A stretch of DNA of 64,000 nt from a virus: the IMG/VR virus record IMGVR_UViG_3300036800_000175, positions 1-64,000 of that record; one strand, 5' to 3'. A program made the translations under genes and the position numbers. The notes under the pieces are model-generated. The model did not search any database and was not told the origin of the DNA. It saw only the letters and a program-made list of their open reading frames with translations. Below are positions 17,534 through 26,011 of the stretch, piece by piece (the stretch's first letter is position 1; each line of letters opens with the position of its first letter).

Positions 17534-18181
17534 GTGCCGGACGCGTGGCGCCACACCCTCGGCCTGGACACCGCCGGCCTCCGCGCCTACGGGCGGTTGC
17601 GCGCCCGTGGCGTCGGTCACGGCCACGCTGTAAAAACGGCCCGCCGCACCGTCACCCTCGGCCATACGTGGGCCGCCATTGAGCTGGTCGGCCCGCACGG
17701 CTATGAGCACAACTGGATCTTCGTCGGCGTCCCAGCGGACAAGGTCGGTCATGTCACAACCCTGAAAGGTGATCAGCAGTTCTACCATGTGACCAGGAGA
17801 GATCCTGAGCAGGCGATCAGGAACGGCCTGCCCCCATCGCAGGCTGGTGAGAGCGGCCCCGGCGTCTATCTAGCGGCTGACCGGCAGTACGCCTCAAGCA
17901 TGACGCGCTGGGACAACTCAATGAAGACGCTGGGCGTGACAGTTCACGCCGGCAACGGACTGCACCTACTCGACAGGACTAAGCCCGGCGGGGAAGCCGA
18001 ATACCGCCGCATCCAGATGTATGAGAACGGCAACAAAAACGTCGGCATGGACAAGGCGCTAGCCGCCAACGGCTACCACGGCGTGCGGTACCTCTCACCG
18101 GGCAACAAATACGCAGAGACGGTCATCCACGACCCGGGCAAGCTGACAGTGCATGGCGTTGTCAGTCCCGGGGCGGCGTAG
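17534..18181 (+). CDS. GPxGYxHxW-tagged H-Y-E type ADP-ribosyltransferase-fold protein
   Basis: IELVGPHGYEHNWIFVGVP, then FYHVT, GPGVYLA, GYHGVRY, ETVIHDP; visibly lower GC. Confidence 0.75.
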   Translation: MPDAWRHTLGLDTAGLRAYGRLRARGVGHGHAVKTARRTVTLGHTWAAIELVGPHGYEHNWIFVGVPADKVGHVTTLKGDQQFYHVTRRDPEQAIRNGLPPSQAGESGPGVYLAADRQYASSMTRWDNSMKTLGVTVHAGNGLHLLDRTKPGGEAEYRRIQMYENGNKNVGMDKALAANGYHGVRYLSPGNKYAETVIHDPGKLTVHGVVSPGAA

Positions 18182-18464
18182 CGGCCTCCGCCAAAGCGTC
18201 CCAGTGGTCAAGCTGATCGGCGGGGACATCAGGGTCATCCCAATGACACAGGATGAGTTTGCAAAGATCCCGCAACGGCTGCGGTAGGCGACCTTCGCTG
18301 ATCATCCCCGCATGGGATCGGGGAACCATTGAGGGGGCTTTGCGGCAACGGGCGCACTGATCCGGGTCAAGCTGATCGGGGTGTCCCCATGCTGCCGGCA
18401 GCGCGTGCAGCTCACTCGCGGGCGATCTCAGCGGCCAGATCGTGACCATCGCCGGCTCAGCCAT
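18162..18464 (-). CDS. Hypothetical protein
   Basis: Last gene of leftward operon, convergent on the ART gene. Confidence 0.4.
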   Translation of the reverse strand: MAEPAMVTIWPLRSPASELHALPAAWGHPDQLDPDQCARCRKAPSMVPRSHAGMISEGRLPQPLRDLCKLILCHWDDPDVPADQLDHWDALAEAATPPRD

Positions 18465-18678
18465 CGCGCAGCACCTCCGCGATCTGCTTATCGGTGGCAC
18501 CAGTGGCCTTCGCCAGCCGGATGGCCAGCGGTCGCGGCAGATCATCACGCCAGACCGCGACGTCGGGTTGCGGGTACGTGCCCGCTTCCAGCTCCGCGAT
18601 GACGCTGAGCAGCTGCGGGCACTTATCGAGGATGAGCACCGGGTGCGGTAGGGAACGGGCCCAAGGCTGCGGTTTCAT
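18457..18678 (-). CDS. Hypothetical protein
   Basis: ATGA coupling; RBS GGAAGGA. Confidence 0.55.
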   Translation of the reverse strand: MKPQPWARSLPHPVLILDKCPQLLSVIAELEAGTYPQPDVAVWRDDLPRPLAIRLAKATGATDKQIAEVLRDG

Positions 18679-18929
18679 GCGGATCGTCCTTCCGGGTTGA
18701 GGTGGGTGCGGCCAGCGAGCATGTCGCGGACGGCCTCGGCCCGGCTGGGCCGGAACTCGGTCCACGCGTTCGCACCGTCGCCCAGGGCGGCCCAGCCGCC
18801 GGGGCCCGGCCCGAACCCTGAGACCCAGCCGGCGACCTTCCAGCGGCCGCGTGGCTTGGCTTGGGTCAGGACCGTGTAGTCCCGGGGCGTCATGTGCTCG
18901 CCCTTGCGCTTCCGGAAACGGGTGCGCAT
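18675..18929 (-). CDS. Hypothetical protein
   Basis: Coupled in operon. Confidence 0.5.
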   Translation of the reverse strand: MRTRFRKRKGEHMTPRDYTVLTQAKPRGRWKVAGWVSGFGPGPGGWAALGDGANAWTEFRPSRAEAVRDMLAGRTHLNPEGRSA

Positions 18930-19144
18930 CACTTGCCCCCTCCCGCCCATTGGGCGACTTGCAGCCGGAACCCTTCCGGCGCCGAGCCGGCCGGGTAGAC
19001 CGCGCATTTGAAGCCCTCGGCTTCGTATGCGCGGTGCCGGGCGTTGCAGTGGCCGCGCCGGCCGCCGCTCAGCTTGATGGGCAGGCCCAGCGGGCAGTAC
19101 GACGGCTTCCAGCCCCACAGCACGAACTCAGTGGCGGCCATCAC
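18929..19144 (-). CDS. Hypothetical protein
   Basis: Coupled in operon. Confidence 0.55.
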   Translation of the reverse strand: MMAATEFVLWGWKPSYCPLGLPIKLSGGRRGHCNARHRAYEAEGFKCAVYPAGSAPEGFRLQVAQWAGGGK

Positions 19145-19449
19145 GCACCTTCCAATGCGGCGTCCATCGCGGCGTACCAGTCCTCATCGGACTCGAACAC
19201 GCGGTCGCAGCCGCCGGTGCCTTCGGTACACCGGGACTGGCCCGGCTTCAAGCCAGCCTGTTCCGGGTAGCAGGCCGGCACCCGGTAGCCCACCACGGAT
19301 CCGTGCGTGCAGATCCCGCGCTTCTGCGCGCGGTGCATCGCGTTGCCCACGCGGGCCAGTTCGGCCATCTGTATGTCGGCGTCGAAACGCTCGGCTTCCA
19401 GGGCTTCCACGTCGGCCCAGGGGTCCTCATCGAACGCGGCGTAGCTCAT
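19141..19449 (-). CDS. Hypothetical protein
   Basis: Coupled in operon; CTH..C..C. Confidence 0.65.
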   Translation of the reverse strand: MSYAAFDEDPWADVEALEAERFDADIQMAELARVGNAMHRAQKRGICTHGSVVGYRVPACYPEQAGLKPGQSRCTEGTGGCDRVFESDEDWYAAMDAALEGA

Positions 19450-19772
19450 CGGGTGCCTGCTCTCTCATAGTTGATGGGGACGTGGACGCCGGTGAACCGG
19501 GAGGCCAGGGTGCGGCGGGCGCATTCCTGGGGGGTCAGCCGGCCGTCGCGGGCGGTGATCCGCTCGGAGACGGGGTCGGCGGCTGAGATCCAGCCGCCGC
19601 CGGCGGCGCGGATGCCGGGGGTGACGGTGACGTGCAGCCGCCATCCGGTTCCGGTGGTCTCGCACAGGACCAGGATCATCGCCTCACCGGCGTCGATCTC
19701 GGCGCCGGCTTCGGGGTAGGCCCGGTTGTACTCGCGGGCCGCTTCCCTGATCCCTGCCTCTGTCATCTCCAC
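19446..19772 (-). CDS. Hypothetical protein, possibly leaderless
   Basis: Start lies ~7 nt from the -10 box of promoter copy 6. Confidence 0.6.
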   Translation of the reverse strand: MEMTEAGIREAAREYNRAYPEAGAEIDAGEAMILVLCETTGTGWRLHVTVTPGIRAAGGGWISAADPVSERITARDGRLTPQECARRTLASRFTGVHVPINYERAGTR

Positions 19773-19778
19773 AACTAC

Positions 19779-19807
19779 AGTTTACCCGGTCAACTAGACA
19801 GGGTCAA
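19779..19807 (-). promoter_or_regulatory. Promoter/operator copy 6 (TTGACC-17-TAAACT)
   Basis: Same architecture. Confidence 0.85.
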
Positions 19808-20164
19808 ATCTGAGAAGTACCGTTCACCATCACCCGTGCAGGTCACACCCGCATCGACCATGTCGCCCAGCAGACCCGCGAACCGCCACGCAGACAGCCC
19901 GTTGATCTGCTGCGCCAGCGTCCCGGAGATCCGGAACCCCCGGACGTGCTTCTCATAGGACAGCGCCGCACCGAACCCCGGCCGCAGCGCCGCCTCCGTC
20001 CCCTCCGTGAAGTAGCCGGGGTACTGGGCGGCGTTGATCAGGGCTTCGGCCATGTCGGTATGCAGGTCCTGCCGGCCGTCCCGGCCGAGCCGGTAACGGC
20101 GCGTCCGGGTGCCCAGTGAGAAGTACCGGCGCAGCGCAGCGGCCAGATCCTGACCCGCGGTCAC
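19790..20164 (-). CDS. Hypothetical protein
   Basis: GTGA coupling. Confidence 0.6.
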   Translation of the reverse strand: MTAGQDLAAALRRYFSLGTRTRRYRLGRDGRQDLHTDMAEALINAAQYPGYFTEGTEAALRPGFGAALSYEKHVRGFRISGTLAQQINGLSAWRFAGLLGDMVDAGVTCTGDGERYFSDLTLSS

Positions 20165-20661
20165 GGCTCACTCCGGTCGCAGTTGACGACGGTGCCGTCC
20201 TTGCGGACGTCGATCCAGTCGTGGATGTCCAGGTCATCGCCGCAGTGGCCGCAGCTGGGCGGGATGCCGGGCATCTCGGCGCGCATCTTGTCGGTGATGA
20301 TGACCCGGCGCATGGCCACCATGCGGCCGGCCGCGACGTCGGGCACCATGCGCGGCTGCCCATCCGGCCGGTACGGGCTCGCCGCGACCTCCGCAGCGGT
20401 AGCCGGCCGCAGTTTGGTCACGTTGACCTGGAATGAGCACGGGCCGCCTGTGCCGGTCGGGCTCTTGGGCTGCAAGGTCGCCGGCTCAAATTCCACGGAC
20501 GCCCAGGTGACGGGAGTGGCGCGGGGCACCGATTCGCCGGTAGCGGTCAGCCTGTGGGTGTCGAACTCCAGCCGGCGGACCGGGCCGGTGAAGATCCGGT
20601 TGAAGCGGTCGGGGCCGGTCACCATCTCACCGACGCGGTACGTGTGCTTGGCCTTGGCCAT
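20161..20661 (-). CDS. Hypothetical protein with C-terminal CxxC
   Basis: RBS GGAAGGA; start MAKAKH after promoter copy 7. Confidence 0.65.
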   Translation of the reverse strand: MAKAKHTYRVGEMVTGPDRFNRIFTGPVRRLEFDTHRLTATGESVPRATPVTWASVEFEPATLQPKSPTGTGGPCSFQVNVTKLRPATAAEVAASPYRPDGQPRMVPDVAAGRMVAMRRVIITDKMRAEMPGIPPSCGHCGDDLDIHDWIDVRKDGTVVNCDRSEP

Positions 20662-20703
20662 GCCGTGAATCCTTCCCGCGGGGGCACTTCCCCCTACAAC
20701 CCC

Positions 20704-20732
20704 ACTATACGCGGTCAACTTGACCGGGTCAA
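20704..20732 (-). promoter_or_regulatory. Promoter/operator copy 7 (TTGACC-17-TATAGT)
   Basis: Perfect GGTCAA-C-TTGACC palindrome. Confidence 0.85.
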
Positions 20733-20752
20733 AACGAAGCGGAGGGGAGGGC

Positions 20753-21028
20753 GTGGTGACCCACACGCAGACGTACGTGTACCCGCGGACGTTCACCGGC
20801 TGGCGGCCACGCCCACCCGCCGAATACCGGGACAAGGCGATCACCAACGCTGGCCGGGAACCCGACTACGAAGGCGTCATATTCAGTGACGGCACCGTCG
20901 TCATCCGGTGGGCCACCCAGTACAAGTCGCATTCGGTGTGGGCGTGCTGGGACGACTTCCTGCACGTCCACGGCCACCCGGAGTACGGAACCGTCATCGA
21001 GTGGGCCGACGGCGGTGACCCGCCCTAA
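20753..21028 (+). CDS. Phage hypothetical protein (EGVxFSDGTVVIRW..HGH type)
   Basis: Strong RBS GGAGGGGAGG. Confidence 0.7.
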   Translation: MVTHTQTYVYPRTFTGWRPRPPAEYRDKAITNAGREPDYEGVIFSDGTVVIRWATQYKSHSVWACWDDFLHVHGHPEYGTVIEWADGGDPP

Positions 21029-21222
21029 CCGGGCGTGGCCTTACCCCGCCCCATCAGATACGCCTCAGCCTCAGCCTTGGTTATCTGCCCACGCTCAAAC
21101 CGGCAGAGCGCGCAGGCATCCTTACTGCCGGACGGCTGACCGATGAACGCGGCCGTCGCGTCGTGGCCGAGCACCGAATGCAGCGTGCCGATAAACCACC
21201 CGACCGGATCGACAGCCATCAC
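21025..21222 (-). CDS. Hypothetical protein
   Basis: CALC; coupled to upstream leftward ORF 21219..21425. Confidence 0.5.
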   Translation of the reverse strand: MMAVDPVGWFIGTLHSVLGHDATAAFIGQPSGSKDACALCRFERGQITKAEAEAYLMGRGKATPG

Positions 21223-21506
21223 GCCTCACCCGGATGACCGCCATCGTCGTGCGGCTCGATGTAGATCCCGAACAAGGTTTCCGCCACCCCCGGCAGCCGC
21301 ACCACCCGGATCCGCGCGCCATGCGTGCCCGCCCGCTTAGCGGCCCGCAGCCGGCCCGCCCAGAACGCGCGCCGCGCCACCGCCGCCGGATACGACCCGG
21401 CGAGCTCTACCCGCCGCCGGCACATAAGCGTGCCCCCTGACGCAGCCACCCGCACCCCCCCAAACGTAACCGCAGTCACCCAATCGCAGAACGTTACCCG
21501 GGGAGC

Positions 21507-22775
21507 GTGGCCCAGTTGACCGCTTTGCTCACACCCGTCGACGCCGGAACCGCCCGCCGCGCAGGCCGGCACCTGTGGCGGAAGCAACTGCTGCCCAAGG
21601 CGACGATCACGTACAAGGGCCGGCAGATCACGTTCGATGACGCCTACCTGGCCGACCTCGCCGCCGCGTTCAACAACCGCGCCTACGACCAGGTCCCGTT
21701 CCAGCTCGCGGACAAAGACAACGCCCACACCAACGACCCGGAACGGTTCCGCGGCGAAGTTGAAGCGCTCGAGGTGACCGCGGACGGCCTCGACATGGTC
21801 GTCTCGGCCAGCGAGGAAGGCTCCAAGGTCCTCGCCTCCAACCCCGGCCTCGGTGTGTCCGCCCGCATCACCGAGGGCTACGAACGGGCCGACGGGCAGG
21901 CGTTCCCCGTCGCCATCCAGCACGTCCTCGGCACTTTGGATCCGCGGATCACCGGGATGCGCCCGTGGCAGGCCATCAACGCCGCCAACGACACGGACTC
22001 CGGTCAGGTGACCGACCTGACCGGCTGCACCTACGACCTGGCCAGCGACCAGGCACCCCAACCGCCGGCACCAGCACCCAAGGAGACAGGTATGGCCCTG
22101 ACCGCAGAGCAGGAGGCCCGGTTGGGCCAGCTGCTGGATCTGCCCGATGACCAGTTCGCCGCGCTGCTCACCCCCGCCGCCGACGCAGGCGACGGTGCCG
22201 GCGGCGACGGCACCGATGAGCTGTCCGATGAGGAACTGCAAGCGCTCCTCGACTCGCTCCCCGACGACGACGCCGACAACGATGAGGGTGACGGTGACGG
22301 CGATGAGGGCGACACCGGCGACGCCGGCCAGGCGGCGGATGACAAGGTCCCGGCCGGTGCCGGGGCGGAACTGTCCGCCGACGCGCAGGCCGCGATCGAC
22401 CTGGCCAACGCCCGCGCGGAGGAACTCGAAGCCGGGTACACGCGGATGCGCCGCGAACTGGACGCCGCGACGTATGAGCGCGAGCGGGACACGTTCGCCC
22501 GCCAGCACGGCATCCCCCCCAGGATTTTCGACCTGGCCCGCCCCGTCCTCGAGGGTGAGGGCCGGGTCGTGGACCTGGCCAACGGGAAGCAGGCCGACGC
22601 CGGGCAGATCGTCCGCCGGGTCCTGACCGAGATCGGGAAGACGGTCAAGATGCTTGACCTGTCCGCCGAGCTCGGCAACCCCGACGGCGCCGACCAGGCC
22701 GCCACGGCCGCGCAGCAGGCCGCGGATGAGCGCGGCGAGATCGTCAAGGGCTTCCGCGCCCTGACCGGCGTCTGA
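21507..22775 (+). CDS. Mu I-like prohead protease fused to scaffold
   Basis: VPFQLAD..HT..GEV, GVSARI, HVLGTLDPRITGM; acidic coiled-coil C-terminus with internal RBS/ATG (22092); precedes decoration and capsid genes. Confidence 0.8.
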   Translation: MAQLTALLTPVDAGTARRAGRHLWRKQLLPKATITYKGRQITFDDAYLADLAAAFNNRAYDQVPFQLADKDNAHTNDPERFRGEVEALEVTADGLDMVVSASEEGSKVLASNPGLGVSARITEGYERADGQAFPVAIQHVLGTLDPRITGMRPWQAINAANDTDSGQVTDLTGCTYDLASDQAPQPPAPAPKETGMALTAEQEARLGQLLDLPDDQFAALLTPAADAGDGAGGDGTDELSDEELQALLDSLPDDDADNDEGDGDGDEGDTGDAGQAADDKVPAGAGAELSADAQAAIDLANARAEELEAGYTRMRRELDAATYERERDTFARQHGIPPRIFDLARPVLEGEGRVVDLANGKQADAGQIVRRVLTEIGKTVKMLDLSAELGNPDGADQAATAAQQAADERGEIVKGFRALTGV

Positions 22776-22777
22776 CC

Positions 22778-22948
22778 GTGGCCCGCCACGTCGTCACCGC
22801 CACCGTGGCGGCCACGGCCAGCACCCCGGCGATCGTCAAGGGCACCACGGTCGAACTGACCGCCGCCCAGGAAACCGCCCTGTCCGCGTCCCTGCGTGCC
22901 ATCACGCAGCGCGACGTCGCAGGCGAGTCCGTCGGCGTGTCCAACTAG
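22778..22948 (+). CDS. 56-aa hypothetical virion protein
   Basis: Fills the gap after the scaffold. Confidence 0.55.
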   Translation: MARHVVTATVAATASTPAIVKGTTVELTAAQETALSASLRAITQRDVAGESVGVSN

Positions 22949-23042
22949 CCCCACTCCCGGGCCCGGCACGCGCAACCCCCCCTTTCACACCCGCATCTGC
23001 CCCGGTGGCGGGTGCTTTCACCAACCCCGAAAGGAACCCGCC

Positions 23043-23495
23043 ATGCCGGGAGCACTTCCGCACCTCAAGCACGGCCCGGACAGCTACCAGGTATCCGCGC
23101 AGGTCCTCGGCGGGCAGCTGGTCGTCGCTGACGGCTCATCCGCCACCACCGTGTCCGTCGCCGGCGCAGGCGCGGCCAACGTCCTCGGCGTCGCCGGTGC
23201 GGACGCCGCCCCGGTCGTCTCCCAGGCCGGCAACGTCACCGGCTACGGGCAGCCCGTCGTGGACATCTCCGTCCTGCCCGACTACGTCCCCGTCTACCAC
23301 GGCGCGGACATGCACGTCACTTACGCCGCGACCGCCACATTCGGGGCGCTGCTCAAGTCCGCGGCCACCGGCCAGGTCACGCCCTGGGTGTCCGGCACCG
23401 ACGCGGCCGGCCTGATCGTCGGCCGCTGCACCCAGCCCGGCGGTGTCGCCGTCTCTGCCGGCGGCGTCGTCGGCCGAGCCCGGATATTCGGCTGA
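23043..23495 (+). CDS. Head decoration/cement protein
   Basis: Position, size, G/A/V-rich beta composition; RBS AAGGA. Confidence 0.7.
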   Translation: MPGALPHLKHGPDSYQVSAQVLGGQLVVADGSSATTVSVAGAGAANVLGVAGADAAPVVSQAGNVTGYGQPVVDISVLPDYVPVYHGADMHVTYAATATFGALLKSAATGQVTPWVSGTDAAGLIVGRCTQPGGVAVSAGGVVGRARIFG

Positions 23496-23533
23496 GCCGG
23501 ATCCCGGTCCACGAGGAATAAGGAGAAAACCCC

Positions 23534-24445
23534 GTGCCTACCCCGGCATACAGCAGCCTTGACGGCCCCCGGATCACAGTCGACGCGCTGCTCAAGGATC
23601 CGCTGGTCATCCCGGCGCTGATCCTGGACATGACCCAGAACGAGTTCATCGTTGACGCGGTCCTCCGCGCCGGCGGGCTCGCCACCAGCGGCGCCGTGCG
23701 TTACGCCGAATCGACGCCGCTGTACGCGGACGACACCCCGGAAATCCGGGCTGAGTTCGCGGAAGTGCCCGTCGTCCCGACGTCGATCGGCACGCCCCGC
23801 GTCGTGTTCACCCACGAACGCGCCATGGCGATCATGGTGTCCGACGAAATGCGGCGCCGGCAGATGATCGACCCGGTCACCCGCCAGTTGCAGCAGGTCC
23901 GCAACACGATGGTCTACTCATGGAACACCGCGTTCTACTCGGCGGTGGTCGCCAACGCGGGTATCCAGACCCTCGCCGTGTCCAACCCGTGGGCCAGCTC
24001 CAATGCCACGATCCGCGGTGACATCGCCAACGCCGTGTACCTGATCGAAAACGCGCAGATCACGTCCAGCCTGGGGTTCAACCAGTTCCTCGGGTTCGAG
24101 GCGGACACGATGCTGATCAACCATGCGACGAAGAACACGCTGCTGCAATCCAGCAGTTTCGCCGCACCGTACATCGGTGACATCGCGTCGGAAAACTTGC
24201 AGTACACCGGCGTCCTCCCGAACCGGATCTTCAACCTGGACGTCATGGTGTCCCGGCAGGTCCCCACCGGCAACGCGATCATCATGCAGCGCAACCGCGC
24301 CGGGTTCATCGCAGACGAACTCCCCTTCCAGGCCTCACCCCTTTACCGGGACGAACCCAGGAAGGTGAGCAGGTCAGATGTGCAGCGGTCGTCCGCGATC
24401 GGCCTGGACCAGCCGCTCGCGCTCGTGCTGGTGTCCGGCATCTGA
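23534..24445 (+). CDS. Major capsid protein (HK97 fold)
   Basis: 303 aa, strong RBS AAGGAG, synteny, terminator downstream. Confidence 0.85.
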   Translation: MPTPAYSSLDGPRITVDALLKDPLVIPALILDMTQNEFIVDAVLRAGGLATSGAVRYAESTPLYADDTPEIRAEFAEVPVVPTSIGTPRVVFTHERAMAIMVSDEMRRRQMIDPVTRQLQQVRNTMVYSWNTAFYSAVVANAGIQTLAVSNPWASSNATIRGDIANAVYLIENAQITSSLGFNQFLGFEADTMLINHATKNTLLQSSSFAAPYIGDIASENLQYTGVLPNRIFNLDVMVSRQVPTGNAIIMQRNRAGFIADELPFQASPLYRDEPRKVSRSDVQRSSAIGLDQPLALVLVSGI

Positions 24446-24469
24446 CCCACCCGCAACCCCGCATGTCCG

Positions 24470-24499
24470 CCCGCCCTGGTGGCGGGTTTTTTCATGCCC
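24470..24499 (+). terminator. Terminator CCCGCC-loop-GGCGGG-T6-CATGCCC
   Basis: Hairpin plus T tract; near-identical copies at 28716 and 29553. Confidence 0.75.
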
Positions 24500-24520
24500 G
24501 CCACACAGGAAGGACCCATC

Positions 24521-24970
24521 ATGGCCGCACCGACCAGGCCGGCGACGTCGCCGGCTGCCCAGCCCGACCCCGCTGACGCCAAATCCAAGACGTCCCGGTG
24601 GGAGGCTCTGACGAACCTGTCCATCGGCCGGCGGGACGACAAGGAAAAGCTGGCTGACATCGTCCACAAGGGCGAGATCGTCACCCTGACCGAGGAAGTC
24701 GCACAGGGGTTCCTGCGCCGGCACCGCCGGCCGGTGATCCGCCCGGCCGCCGACCAGAACACCCCCGCCCCGGCGATCCACGCGAAGGACCTGTTCGGCC
24801 CGCAGCCCGCCGCGGAACAGTTCGGCGCCCGCCCCGACCCGCCCGGCGCGAGCACGGTCACCGTCACCCCGGATCCCGGGGCGCATCCAGCGGACCCGCG
24901 GAACGCCCCGGAGGCGCACGACCCGCAGACCGACCTGTCCGTCGACCCGGACGCGGGCAAGGACAAGTAG
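24521..24970 (+). CDS. Hypothetical head-module protein
   Basis: RBS GGAAGGA. Confidence 0.65.
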   Translation: MAAPTRPATSPAAQPDPADAKSKTSRWEALTNLSIGRRDDKEKLADIVHKGEIVTLTEEVAQGFLRRHRRPVIRPAADQNTPAPAIHAKDLFGPQPAAEQFGARPDPPGASTVTVTPDPGAHPADPRNAPEAHDPQTDLSVDPDAGKDK

Positions 24971-24972
24971 CG

Positions 24973-25155
24973 GTGGCGGCCGTGGCCACGGCCGGCCTGA
25001 TGTGCATGGTGTGCGGCGGCGGGCCGGTGAAGGCCCGCCGCCGGTGCCGGACCTGCTACGACGCGTGGCGGACCGCGACGAACCCGTACAAGAAACGCGG
25101 CCGCCCCGACCCGGTCCGGGCGATCCGCGCCGTGCTCGCGCAGCAGAAAAACTGA
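24973..25155 (+). CDS. Small zinc-finger protein
   Basis: CMVC...CRTCY. Confidence 0.55.
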   Translation: MAAVATAGLMCMVCGGGPVKARRRCRTCYDAWRTATNPYKKRGRPDPVRAIRAVLAQQKN

Positions 25156-25169
25156 AAGGCGGGACGGTC

Positions 25170-25682
25170 GTGGCGGTCACCTGGTGTGTCCCGGATGACA
25201 TCCGGCAGAACGTCGCCGGCACCGACCAGGGCACCGGCACCTGCGCAACCCTCACCGACGACCAGCTCACCGCCGCGATCACCCAGGCGGCGAGCAAGGT
25301 GGCCGCCTACACCGGGACGGACTGGGAACCCGACGCGACTGACCCGGTGATCACCCCGCCGGGGATCGTGAAAACATGCACAGTGCAGCTGGCCACGTTC
25401 TACGCCACCCTGGTCTACAGGAAAGGCAAGGATCTGTCGCAGTTCGACCCTGTCTACCTCGGTTACCAGGATGCGATGCGGACGCTGACGGACATCATCT
25501 CCGGGAAGATCGAGGTCGCGCCGTCCACACCTGGTGAGCCAGCCGACGATCGCGGCTATGTGCGGAACACTGTGCCGGCGACGTTCGACCACCTCGACAC
25601 CGGGACGCGGATCAACCCGCTGACCCGCCGCGTCGAACCCGACTTCGGGCCCGGGCAAGGCTGGGGACGGGGCAGCTGGTGA
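25170..25682 (+). CDS. Head-to-tail adaptor, Mu gp36/DUF1320-like
   Basis: AITQAASKV..Y, VKTCTVQLA.FY, YQDAMRTL.DI.SG. Confidence 0.75.
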   Translation: MAVTWCVPDDIRQNVAGTDQGTGTCATLTDDQLTAAITQAASKVAAYTGTDWEPDATDPVITPPGIVKTCTVQLATFYATLVYRKGKDLSQFDPVYLGYQDAMRTLTDIISGKIEVAPSTPGEPADDRGYVRNTVPATFDHLDTGTRINPLTRRVEPDFGPGQGWGRGSW

Positions 25683-26011
25683 TGCGTCCCCCCGGGCCGT
25701 TCCCGCGACTTGCGCCGCACCGGCCGCCTGATCCGGGCGGCTCGTGCCCCGCGCAGTATCGAAGTCCCTAGCCAGTCCGCCGGGCCCGGCTCGCTGACCC
25801 GCTTGCGCGCCCGGGGGGCGTCCCAGAGTCTACGCACGCCGCGCACGGCCCGCACATCGCCAGAGTGGGCGTGGCCAGCACAGTAGGCCACCCGCTGCAC
25901 CGGCCGTGCTCCGTGCCCGCGTGACGCTGGGGGCACCCGCACAGCGCGGTCGTGGCACCGGACAGCGCGACAGCGAGCGCAGCGGAAGCCCGGGCGGAGG
26001 GGTCGGTACTC

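Noticed and set aside
13247-20732. Repeated ~29-bp elements as a CRISPR array or attC-like cassette sites
   Set aside because: Spacing is irregular (0.3-3 kb), no cas or integrase gene is present, and all copies fit a -35/17/-10 promoter geometry
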